This document shows, piece by piece, positions 13,700-22,311 of a DNA stretch of 64,000 nt. Source of the stretch: Convolutriloba macropyga (Eukaryota); contig NC_134468.1 in the NCBI RefSeq assembly GCF_964194025.1, positions 50,034,001-50,098,000 on the forward strand, written 5' to 3'. The translations under genes were made by a program, and so were the position numbers. Under the pieces are notes generated by a model. It saw only the letters and a list, made by a program, of their open reading frames with translations, did not search any database and was not told the origin of the DNA. The stretch's first letter is position 1. Each line of letters starts with the position of its first letter.

Positions 13700-14113
13700 A
13701 TGGCTACAATTGCTACAGTTGATTTGAAGAGTATTCACAAAACTTATAAGGAAATCGAAAAAGAATATTCACAATACGGTGAACGGTTTTTATACTTTTT
13801 AGCTACTTGTCTTCATTTGGATCCTGAGATTGATTTAGATATAGCTTTGAAACTACGACCCTATGGTGGTTTGATTGGCATCGACAATTCAGCCCTCGAC
13901 AAATATTTTAAATCGTTCAAAGTTTTGAGACTGCATGCGATACTTCACGACGCTTCCGGTTTTGTATATGAATATAGTGAAAAGGGTCCAGGCTATTCCT
14001 ACGTATTACCTTGTTCAGTCACAAATGAGTACCTTGGTCATGTGACTGGAATTGCTTTTTGTTTATACGTAAAATCCTTCAAAAATAGTTTATTCAATTT
14101 GCTGGAATGTTGA
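13700..14113 (+). CDS. Polinton accessory protein with HxxxHD motif (possible PLA2/DUF1353-like fold), 137 aa
   Basis: Intact ATG ORF, first gene after the TIR; PYGGLIG...LRLHAILHDASGFVY...GPGYSY. Function is inference. Confidence 0.7.
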   Translation: MATIATVDLKSIHKTYKEIEKEYSQYGERFLYFLATCLHLDPEIDLDIALKLRPYGGLIGIDNSALDKYFKSFKVLRLHAILHDASGFVYEYSEKGPGYSYVLPCSVTNEYLGHVTGIAFCLYVKSFKNSLFNLLEC

Positions 14114-14691
14114 AATCTGGAGCAGTTGTTCTTGATTTTGAAGGCTTTAGAAGTAAAAAATCTGGATTTATAATAAAAGAACTTGCGGTATCTACCAAAA
14201 ATTACAACGATACAATTTCGTTTTTACCTCCAAACTCATTTAACATACTTTCTTCGAGTGAGCAAAGATCTTTCCTGTGGGTATCTAAATTTCTTCATGG
14301 TCTCTCGTGGGAGACAGGAGAGTACCCTTATCATTATTTGCAACAGATTTTTCAAAGTATAGTTCTTCGATTTCCCTTTTCTGATTTTTACGCAAAAGGA
14401 TTAGAAAAAACGGAAACTTTACGGCAGCTGTTACAGAGGAACGTTATCAACTTGGAAACTTTGTTTTGCCCAAAAATTGAACACTTGAAATTATATCGGG
14501 AGACACCAGTTTGTAAGTTACATGCATTGAGTTGCCCAAAACGACAAAGAAGCAAGCATTGTGCCAATAAGAAGGCAAAACTTTTTTACCAGTGGCTGAC
14601 GAATGAATCGTCGGTTGGAGAAACCAGCTCCGTCTCTACTTCAAGTGAATTTGTCTCCAAATTTGACAGTTTACAGTTGCATAACGCCTGA
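14107..14691 (+). CDS. DEDD/DnaQ-family nuclease, Maelstrom/arenavirus-NP-like, 194 aa
   Basis: VVLDFEGF...IKELAV ExoI-like motif; CxxH (CKLH) and HCA near the C-terminus. Confidence 0.75.
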   Translation: MLKSGAVVLDFEGFRSKKSGFIIKELAVSTKNYNDTISFLPPNSFNILSSSEQRSFLWVSKFLHGLSWETGEYPYHYLQQIFQSIVLRFPFSDFYAKGLEKTETLRQLLQRNVINLETLFCPKIEHLKLYRETPVCKLHALSCPKRQRSKHCANKKAKLFYQWLTNESSVGETSSVSTSSEFVSKFDSLQLHNA

Positions 14692-14932
14692 AAATCAGTT
14701 AACGGTTACTCTTATCAAGGAAGAAAAAATTGACACAAGAGGGCAAACAGTTTTAAGAAAACAGCAGATCGTGTGTGCTGGTGCTGAAATAGAAGCTTTC
14801 AAGAAGTATCTTTCTCTACTGGAGTACTTTCAATTGTACCATGTCTTTACAAGAGAAAATGAAAAGGTTGAAACTAACCCCTTTACCTACGCCCAAGCGT
14901 GCAGTGCCAATTCTGATGTCTCTGGACGATGA
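14603..14932 (+). CDS. Polinton hypothetical protein, 109 aa
   Basis: ATG ORF overlapping both neighbours in a compact same-strand block; no motif recognised. Confidence 0.5.
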   Translation: MNRRLEKPAPSLLQVNLSPNLTVYSCITPENQLTVTLIKEEKIDTRGQTVLRKQQIVCAGAEIEAFKKYLSLLEYFQLYHVFTRENEKVETNPFTYAQACSANSDVSGR

Positions 14933-15095
14933 GACTCTTCCCGATGAAATCAAGCAGCTGATTAAAGAGAACAATGTAGAGTCAATTGTTTTTAGAGATA
15001 AACAAGATTCGATGAATGCAAACTATACAATCACTTACAAACAAGGAGACAACGACTCTGGATATGTTTTGTATGAATTTTTTATTGTTGAATAA
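14841..15095 (+). CDS. Polinton hypothetical protein, ~84 aa
   Basis: ATG ORF whose TAA stop lies inside an AATAAA (15091-15096). Confidence 0.55.
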   Translation: MSLQEKMKRLKLTPLPTPKRAVPILMSLDDETLPDEIKQLIKENNVESIVFRDKQDSMNANYTITYKQGDNDSGYVLYEFFIVE

Positions 15096-15147
15096 ATATG
15101 TAACATTCTTGAAAAGCAATTCATTTTTTGAATAATTTTGTTTCAAA

Positions 15148-15423
15148 ATGAGTCAAACCGAAGATCAACTAGATTCGGGCGGAGGCATAACTGACATGGT
15201 TTTTGACGCTGACCACCAAGAAAGACGATCTTGGAGGTTTTGCAATTCGAGATTGCCTCGATCAGAGGTTGTATACTTTACACAAATCTTAATAATAATT
15301 TTTCTTATAACTGTGTCTCTCGCCAAGTTGGTTTTTTTCAGTCTCGACTGTGAAGAATCCACATTTTGGTTTTCACTTCTCTCTTGTACAGTTGGATACG
15401 CTCTTCCAAATCCAAAGTTATGA
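15148..15423 (+). CDS. Small membrane protein upstream of the ATPase, 91 aa
   Basis: Two hydrophobic segments (VVYFTQILIIIFLITVSLAKL; FWFSLLSCTVGYALPNP); stop overlaps the ATPase start (ATGA). Confidence 0.8.
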   Translation: MSQTEDQLDSGGGITDMVFDADHQERRSWRFCNSRLPRSEVVYFTQILIIIFLITVSLAKLVFFSLDCEESTFWFSLLSCTVGYALPNPKL

Positions 15424-16160
15424 ATAAAATTATTTCCACCTCTGACCGGTTGTTCATGGCTGTTTGCGGGCCATCTTGTTGCGGGAAAACTGAGCTCATT
15501 TTCAAAATGTTATTAGTTGGCACTTTTTTCCCAGAATTTCAAACAATTTATTATTTTTATCAGCACGATCAGCCCAAATTCCAATCGTTAGAGAAGAAAC
15601 TGAACATACATTTTAAAAAATTCTCTAATTTTGAACTCATTTCAGAGTTAGACAACTGCCTCCTTGTGTTCGATGACTCATGTGAAGAAATTTTTAATGA
15701 CAAAGAATTTTCAAAATTAGCAACCGCAGGGCGACACAGAAACATCAGTGTAATTTATGTTAAACACAATTTGTTCCAGCAAAGCAGATGGTCCAGAACA
15801 ATTGATCTAAATACAACACATATCATATTGTTTAAATCACCGCGTGACACACAACAGATTACTTTTATTGGTAGACAGTTGAATAACTCTCAATTTTTAA
15901 AAGAAAGCTATGAGCTGGCAACTAAAGAACCGTTTGGTCATTTATTAATTGATTTGGATCCCAAAACATCAGACGTCTTGCGCTACTGTTCAAATATTGT
16001 TCCTCCAGGACCATCAATTTTTTATCTGCCATCAGCTAAAGCCGTTATTACAAGTTTAAGCGATGAGAGAGAAAGAAGTTTGTATGCTGGGGCAGCTGCT
16101 AAACTTATCGGACACAAAACTAAAAGAGAAGATAGAGAGAGCTCCAAATCATTTCATTAA
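15420..16160 (+). CDS. A32/FtsK-HerA-like DNA packaging ATPase
   Basis: Walker A GPSCCGKT, Walker B LLVFDD, GRHRNISVIYVKHNLF. First ATG is at 15420 (the track used TTG at 15366). Confidence 0.95.
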   Translation: MNKIISTSDRLFMAVCGPSCCGKTELIFKMLLVGTFFPEFQTIYYFYQHDQPKFQSLEKKLNIHFKKFSNFELISELDNCLLVFDDSCEEIFNDKEFSKLATAGRHRNISVIYVKHNLFQQSRWSRTIDLNTTHIILFKSPRDTQQITFIGRQLNNSQFLKESYELATKEPFGHLLIDLDPKTSDVLRYCSNIVPPGPSIFYLPSAKAVITSLSDERERSLYAGAAAKLIGHKTKREDRESSKSFH

Positions 16161-16362
16161 ATTCCTTTGCGAATGTTTGCTCAACATTGTCAATGGTAAT
16201 GTTCCAATACGAAAAAGTTTTGTCCAAGGCTATGAAAAATCATTCAGAAAACTATTGTCTAAACAAACAAGTTTGAAAGAAAAGAGGCAACTTTTTGCTA
16301 GAGAAACAGATTTGGTCAAAACTGTTGGTTTCGCTTGTTATCGTTATTTGACAAAATCGTAA
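16063..16362 (+). CDS. Small basic Polinton protein (CECxLNxxxGNVP type), ~99 aa
   Basis: FLCECLLNIVNGNVPI motif of the kind seen in the gene after the ATPase in animal Polintons; TAATG coupling to the next gene. Confidence 0.8.
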   Translation: MREKEVCMLGQLLNLSDTKLKEKIERAPNHFIKFLCECLLNIVNGNVPIRKSFVQGYEKSFRKLLSKQTSLKEKRQLFARETDLVKTVGFACYRYLTKS

Positions 16363-17108
16363 TGCACACCGAAGAATTCATTTTAATTCCAAAACGAATG
16401 TTTGCTTCACATCAACCGGTAAAAAAAGAAGTTTTGGACAATCCCCTTTACAAACAGAAAGCTGCACAGCTGTCTCTTTTGCAAAGAAACCAGTCGAATT
16501 CAATGGAAAAACCAGAGAGAGCAGTTGAACCAGTTGAGACTGCAGACAAAATGATTGAAACAGCAGAAGAGGAAAAAACAGAACCCATGAGCGAAGACAG
16601 CGAGATTGAACCAGTAGTGAAAAAACAAAGAAAAAGCGAAGATTTCGACTCCATATTGTTAGAGCTAGATTTTATGAATAAAAACCAAATCAAAAGATCA
16701 AAAATCATACTTGACTTGATTAACCAATCTGAAACAGTAACTGTAGAGTCGAACGACGTTCTTCACGTAAATAAAGAAAGACTGGGCATTAAAGCTTCAA
16801 CATTTCTGTACAATCTGCAGCAACCAACTAAAAAAATTGACATTGAAAAATACTCCAAAATTTTAATTGCTCTTAATATCTCACCTCATCTTGTTGCAAA
16901 TACACATGCCAAGCAAATCTTGGAAGCCTCGTCTGAAAGTGAACAAGAGTTTTTCCCAAGTAGAGAACAACCCAGTCGGCAAGAGCTCTTCTCTAGTAGA
17001 GAACAACACAGTGGCTCAAAACCAACCCAAAAAAGATATAAAGAAGAACCGGACCAAACGACAGACGAAGAAGAGACCAGTCAGAAGATGTGGTCTTTCT
17101 TTTCCTGA
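16362..17108 (+). CDS. Polinton hypothetical protein, 248 aa
   Basis: ATG at 16362 overlaps the upstream TAA; acidic low-complexity segments; 36-nt internal tandem duplication (QEFFPSREQPSR/QELFSSREQHSG). Confidence 0.8.
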   Translation: MHTEEFILIPKRMFASHQPVKKEVLDNPLYKQKAAQLSLLQRNQSNSMEKPERAVEPVETADKMIETAEEEKTEPMSEDSEIEPVVKKQRKSEDFDSILLELDFMNKNQIKRSKIILDLINQSETVTVESNDVLHVNKERLGIKASTFLYNLQQPTKKIDIEKYSKILIALNISPHLVANTHAKQILEASSESEQEFFPSREQPSRQELFSSREQHSGSKPTQKRYKEEPDQTTDEEETSQKMWSFFS

Positions 17109-18011
17109 AGTAAAAAAATTGGATCAGTTTTATTTAAAAGGACCAGCATCGTATGGAAGCATAAAGCGGTTACAGACGCAAAGCAAGCTCCCTCTAGGTA
17201 AAATTCAGTCCTATTTGGAGACAAAGCCGTCTTTCACAAAGTACCGTTCAATTCGATTTTTCCCAGGCTTAAAGTTTTTGTAAAAGACATCAACGAAATT
17301 TGGTCTCTGGATTTGGCACACGTTGATAAACTGGCAAAGTATAACCGCAATATAAAGTATCTTCTAGTAGCGGTTGATTGTTTGTCAAGATATTTACGAG
17401 TGGAACCAATGAAAACAAAGTACGCAACCGAAGCAGCTGAAGCATTCAAAAAGATGATCAAAAACAAACAACCCGAAAAAGTATGGGTTGACGATGGTAC
17501 AGAATTTCTTGGAGCATTCAAACAATTGTGTACCAAACGTGGAATTCATTTATATAATACCTTTAGCGAAAAAAAGTCAGCTTTTGCAGAGAGGAACATT
17601 AGATCTCTCAAAAAGATAATTCATCGGTATCTTGAAGAAAAGTGGACCTATAGCTACATTGACCAATTAGACCAATTTGTGAAAACAATCAATTCAAGAG
17701 TCAATCGAATAACAAAAACTGCTCCTAACAAAGTTACAAAAACGGATGTGCCACGACTAGTGTCATTGGCAGCACAAACAAGCTCAACCCAGAAGCCCAA
17801 GTTTTACATTGGAGACTTTGTGAGAGTAGTTAAAAAAGATAAAGCTTTCAGGAAAAGTTATATGCAATCATTCACAGACGAAGTCTTTGAAATAACGGGA
17901 ATACCGACATTAAGCCCACCAACATACACCTTAGCCGACGCAAACAAGGAACCAATTCAAGGAAAATTTTACCAACCAGAATTACAACTTGTCAGGCTCC
18001 CTCTTGTTTAA
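16906..18011 (+). pseudogene. Retroviral-type (RVE, DDE) integrase with a frameshift near 17257
   Basis: N-terminal part LDQFYLKGPASYGSIKRL...TKYRSIR is in one frame. FPRLKVFVKDINEIWSLDLAH...VWVDDGTEF...AFAERNIRSLK...GKFYQPELQLV is in the -1 frame. The only upstream in-frame ATG is 16906, so the start is uncertain. Confidence 0.9.
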
Positions 18012-18012
18012 A

Positions 18013-18897
18013 ATGTCCACCAACCGGTTTGAAGACGAGTTTACAGTTCACGTTGTTTCATCAGCTTCAATGGAAATATTTGATACAAATACACTTGCAT
18101 CATTTCGGAATTTTTTCAGTGATGAAATTCAACTTGCAGGTGATTGGAGAGTGGCGCTAAGTGAAATCATATTCCCAACCAAAATAGAAAACATAGTAAA
18201 CGGAAATCTAATTGCGTACAACTTAAAAGACTTTGAAGATTCCCAAAAGATTTCTTCGGGAGCCAATGTTATTTCTAGACCTTATAGTGGACAACAATTT
18301 AGTTTTATGCCAGGAACCTTTGATACAGTGGCTCAACTTCTTGCTACAATTAAGCGCACAATTGGCCTGCCCCATTTTTCATTCAGAGAGTTGAAGAGCT
18401 CTGGGAAATATGAAATTTTATTTGGCAAGTATGAGGGAATTACGTTTCCCAGCGAAGAAATTCCCAGCATTATTGGATTTAAGGGTATTCCTGACGGCAA
18501 TGGAATACACATTGGGTACAAAATGATTCCCAATGCGAACAGGTTTATGAAAAGTGATGATACGAAAGCTTTTTATGGGGAGTTCCCAGCTGACCTTTGT
18601 GCTGGAAAACATCTAATTTTCATATACACCAACATAATTGAATACCAATACGTCGGTGACACTAAGGCTCCTCTTTTGCGAGTCATTGATTCAAAACAAC
18701 GTCTGAAAAACGGTAGTGTTTGTGAGCTTGAACCCACTCATAGGATAGTTTTTACAAATTTAGACTATAAGAAGCTCCTAACTAACACAATTCAATCGAT
18801 TTCAATCGAACTGAGAACGGAAACAGGACAATTAGTTCCCTTTTCGGGAACTGGAAAAGTTATTCTAACACTACAATTCAAAAAATTTTCCCCTTAA
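18013..18897 (+). CDS. Minor capsid protein (penton, single jelly roll)
   Basis: FTVHVVSSASMEIFDTNTLASFRN...WRVALSEI and FIYTNIIEYQYVGDTKAPLLRVI are typical of Polinton minor capsid proteins; ATG at 18013. Confidence 0.9.
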   Translation: MSTNRFEDEFTVHVVSSASMEIFDTNTLASFRNFFSDEIQLAGDWRVALSEIIFPTKIENIVNGNLIAYNLKDFEDSQKISSGANVISRPYSGQQFSFMPGTFDTVAQLLATIKRTIGLPHFSFRELKSSGKYEILFGKYEGITFPSEEIPSIIGFKGIPDGNGIHIGYKMIPNANRFMKSDDTKAFYGEFPADLCAGKHLIFIYTNIIEYQYVGDTKAPLLRVIDSKQRLKNGSVCELEPTHRIVFTNLDYKKLLTNTIQSISIELRTETGQLVPFSGTGKVILTLQFKKFSP

Positions 18898-19320
18898 ATG
18901 GATTCTTATTATGCCAATCAAGCAACGTCTTTGCCTCACTTCTCTGGACATTATCGTCAAAGAGGAAGTGGTTTTGGAGCTCTAGCTGCAGGCATTGGAC
19001 GTGTTGCGCTACCTTTAGCACGTCGTTTCATTTTGCCTACAGCGAAGCGTATCGGGAAAGAGCTATTGAAACAAAGTGTTCCAGAGATTTTGGATGTAGT
19101 CGGAAGCAAAAAATCTCCTAAACAGGCGTTTAAAAATACAATCTCAAAAACTGTCAAAAAACAGACAGGAGGATCTCGCCGAAATACTTCACGTCGGAGG
19201 AATTCAATACGAGTCAAGCCACAGAAAGCAATCAACAAACGCAAAAAAACCATTTCAACGCACAGAGCTCCAAAAAGAAGTCGGTCAGATTTTTTTGCCA
19301 GAGTGAACGATGATCGCTAA
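18898..19320 (+). CDS. Basic virion core / membrane-active precursor protein, 140 aa
   Basis: YYANQA...QRGSGFG followed by an amphipathic helix; QTGG then an Arg/Lys-rich tail; lies between the two capsid genes. Confidence 0.85.
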   Translation: MDSYYANQATSLPHFSGHYRQRGSGFGALAAGIGRVALPLARRFILPTAKRIGKELLKQSVPEILDVVGSKKSPKQAFKNTISKTVKKQTGGSRRNTSRRRNSIRVKPQKAINKRKKTISTHRAPKRSRSDFFARVNDDR

Positions 19321-20620
19321 TTTGTTACCATCAGAGGCAACTCACAGTTCTTTGGATTTGTTCGAAAAACCTTCTCTCTTAGTAACTTTCGATGGTAGTT
19401 TTTGTCAAAAGGTGGGCCCAGTCTACAGTCCAAATGGACCCATGTTAGAATTTGAAGTCGCCGGTGACCGAAATAATTTTATTGACTTACAGAAAATTTT
19501 CTTGGAAGTGAAATGTAAAATTGTCCAGTTATCAGAAGCTGATTTGAGATATGACGCAGGAGCAGCAACAGATGTTACGAAGACAGATGCTCCCTATTTT
19601 TGCAATAATGTTTTACATTCACTCTTCTCTGACTGTACAGTGTCTGCTAATGGACTAAAAATTTCAAACGCTAACGGAAACTATGCTCATAAAAGTTTTA
19701 TTGAAACAGAATTTTCACATAACAAAGATGCAAAAAACACCTGGTTGGCATGTCAGGGCTATTCCTACGAAGAAAATCCAGGAGCGTTGTCAACTGTAGA
19801 AGTGAACAGAAGGAAAGCCCTAGTGAGGCAATCGGCTGAGTGCACATTTTACGGTAAAGTTGCAGTTGACTTTTTCACTTGTGACAGACATTTGCTAAGT
19901 GGTGTGACACTTCGCATTGCGTTTAGACGGTCAATAGATGATTTTGTTATAATGTCTGACGATGCAGCCAAGCACTACAAAGTAAAAATTGTCGAAGCTA
20001 ATTTATATGTGCGCAAAATGACATTGAACGATGATGTCGTATCGGCTATAGAAAAGACTTTGTTAAAAAGTCCAGCTTCGTATCCCTACTTGGAGACTCT
20101 AACAAAAACATTTCTGGCATCAACGGGTCTCCACAGTTGGAAACAAGAAGATATTTTTGCCAGAGAACCGATTCGTAGACTAGCAATTTGTCTGAACACT
20201 AACGAAGCGTTTCTTGGTAACAACAGACAAAATCCATTTAATTTCCGCAAATTCGACCTTGAGCAGATTTATATTTACCGAAACGGTTTACCTGTGGCAG
20301 ACAGTCCAATATCAACAAGTGATGACAAACGTCTCTACTTTAATACAATATCGGATTTAGCTTACATCGACAATGGTCATGGAATAAGTTTGACAGATTA
20401 CCCGAACCATTTCATAATGGTTTTTGATTTGACCAGTACCCAACAAGCATCCCATGATTTTATTCACCCTGAGCTTACAAATTCGTCAATTTCTATTGAG
20501 TTGAAATTTTCTGCGGCCCTACCGAACAATATAGAGATTTTCATTATTGGCGAAAAAGCGAGCACAATTTTTGTTGATAGTGCAAGAAGAGTATCAAAGA
20601 ATCACATTCTGACAAATTAA
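19310..20620 (+). CDS. Major capsid protein (double jelly roll), 436 aa
   Basis: SSLDLF, NNVLHSLFS, NPFNF, FDLT motifs; size and position typical of Polinton MCP; intact. Confidence 0.93.
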   Translation: MIANLLPSEATHSSLDLFEKPSLLVTFDGSFCQKVGPVYSPNGPMLEFEVAGDRNNFIDLQKIFLEVKCKIVQLSEADLRYDAGAATDVTKTDAPYFCNNVLHSLFSDCTVSANGLKISNANGNYAHKSFIETEFSHNKDAKNTWLACQGYSYEENPGALSTVEVNRRKALVRQSAECTFYGKVAVDFFTCDRHLLSGVTLRIAFRRSIDDFVIMSDDAAKHYKVKIVEANLYVRKMTLNDDVVSAIEKTLLKSPASYPYLETLTKTFLASTGLHSWKQEDIFAREPIRRLAICLNTNEAFLGNNRQNPFNFRKFDLEQIYIYRNGLPVADSPISTSDDKRLYFNTISDLAYIDNGHGISLTDYPNHFIMVFDLTSTQQASHDFIHPELTNSSISIELKFSAALPNNIEIFIIGEKASTIFVDSARRVSKNHILTN

Positions 20621-21054
20621 TGATGGATGAAGATGATATTAATGATTTAATACAAGGCTGCAAAACTCTTAAATACAAATTTCATGGCGTGTTTGCGGCC
20701 AACAACTTTCCGGAAAAAATGAACAGAAACAGCTTCCTTATTGTTAATGCAGCAACTGCTGAAAATATTGGCACCCACTGGTTACTTTTATGCAGAAAGA
20801 ACAATCAACTTCTGTTTGCCGATCCCCTTGGTCGGTCCATTTCATCGTACAAACACCTATATCAAAGAATCATTTCTGTTGGCAACAATCATAATATCTA
20901 TCAACTCTTGGAGAATCAACCAATTCAAAGTGCAAACTCTAAACTTTGTGGACTGTTTTGTATTTATATTGCTCATTTTGTTTTCAATGCTCAAAAACTT
21001 GTAAATATTAGCGATAATGAATTGATTCGTTTTGCTTTTCATATGATGTTCTAA
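20620..21054 (+). CDS. Adenain-like cysteine maturation protease, 144 aa
   Basis: GTHW (His), ADPLG (Asp), Q...CGLFC (oxyanion Gln and catalytic Cys). Confidence 0.95.
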   Translation: MMDEDDINDLIQGCKTLKYKFHGVFAANNFPEKMNRNSFLIVNAATAENIGTHWLLLCRKNNQLLFADPLGRSISSYKHLYQRIISVGNNHNIYQLLENQPIQSANSKLCGLFCIYIAHFVFNAQKLVNISDNELIRFAFHMMF

Positions 21055-21085
21055 CCTTACTAACTTGAAAAATTTATTTTTTTTT

Positions 21086-21781
21086 TCAAAACTTTACTTT
21101 TTCTTCATACACAAAGCGAACACTCAATAAATCAGAATCAATATTCAATTTTCCATATCCACTCAAAAAAATATCCATAATTTGACAAAAAGCACCAGAA
21201 TGAGGACCATACAAAATTGTTTCAACTCTGCGTAAAGTTTCACTATTGACAAAATCAGTTTGAATTTGTTTTGATGGAGGCCGGCAATTGTAGATAGTCT
21301 TTTGGGTAACTACTGGCATCTTGGCACTCGTTTTGGGATTGACATTTGTTTGTTTTGCAGAGCTGCTTTTCGATAAATTGTTGTTGTTGTTAGCAAAAGC
21401 TGGTAGTCGTTTGCGCACTGACTGCGAATCAATTTTTTCTGCAGAACTGTTGAAATCGATTGCTAATTTAAGCTTTGAAAACACATCTCCATTAGTCTCC
21501 AAATTTGGTGCAGTCCAAAACAGGAACTTAAAAGCTGTATAAACACAAGGCACAGGAAAGCTTTGAAATCGTTTCAATGTTTCGTTTTCAAAAGTAGTTG
21601 TATCAATCAAAACGTGATAATGGCTATTTACTAAATTGCAAAATTCGGAATCAAAATGTGCACACACTGCATAACAATTTCCAATTGAAAAGGTAGGTTT
21701 CTCTTCCACAATGAGAAATTTGAACTGTTTCTGAAATTGTTTAAAGTAATTTGGAGAACGCTCAAACATCGCTTCAACCAT
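21086..21781 (-). CDS. Polinton accessory protein with HUH-like motif (HYHVLI), ~231 aa
   Basis: ATG at 21781 overlaps the stop of the PC4-like gene; CYAVCAH...SHYHVLIDT...VYTAFKFL; minus-strand AATAAA at 21073-21078. Confidence 0.75.
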   Translation of the reverse strand: MVEAMFERSPNYFKQFQKQFKFLIVEEKPTFSIGNCYAVCAHFDSEFCNLVNSHYHVLIDTTTFENETLKRFQSFPVPCVYTAFKFLFWTAPNLETNGDVFSKLKLAIDFNSSAEKIDSQSVRKRLPAFANNNNNLSKSSSAKQTNVNPKTSAKMPVVTQKTIYNCRPPSKQIQTDFVNSETLRRVETILYGPHSGAFCQIMDIFLSGYGKLNIDSDLLSVRFVYEEKVKF

Positions 21782-22091
21782 CGTTGTTGACAACTTCTTT
21801 TTGAATTTTTGGTTTCTTCGCTGGTGGTGGTTTTGGCGATGACTGCTGATCAGCCACTGAGTTCTTTATTTTGCTAGCTGAACTGACCAAATTTTCAAAT
21901 TCTCCAAGAGTTAACGAAATTCTCTGTTCAAACTCGTAATCGTCTGTTGCTTTTTTGAACAATTTCAGAAATACATATGTCCCTGTCCTTTCATAGGTTT
22001 TCAGCGTTGCCCTGATTAAGCGCTTATCAGTTTTGGAAATATCGAAATAACAATCTCCAAACTCAGTGTCTTTAGTGGACGTGAAAGGCAT
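21774..22091 (-). CDS. PC4/Sub1-like ssDNA-binding protein with C-terminal NLS, ~105 aa
   Basis: Beta-rich core ending ISLTLGEFENL, resembling the PC4 GISL..EW..L signature; PPAKKPK NLS-like motif; first ATG at 22091. Confidence 0.75.
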   Translation of the reverse strand: MPFTSTKDTEFGDCYFDISKTDKRLIRATLKTYERTGTYVFLKLFKKATDDYEFEQRISLTLGEFENLVSSASKIKNSVADQQSSPKPPPAKKPKIQKEVVNNDG

Positions 22092-22311
22092 AGTGTGCAA
22101 CTTGTTTTATTACTTTCAAGTGTTATAATGTGTAAAAAGTACAATTCAATGGGAGCGGCAAGTTGGGATTAAACAAGTGTCGTCAAACTGCCTAATTAAA
22201 TCCAAATGATTTGTGAATACAGTCTCAAGTACGCCTATGGCGTACTTGAGTCTGTCTGTTGTTCAAGTATTGTATAATTAATTTCAGCTGTGACCTTAGA
22301 TAAGACAAAAA

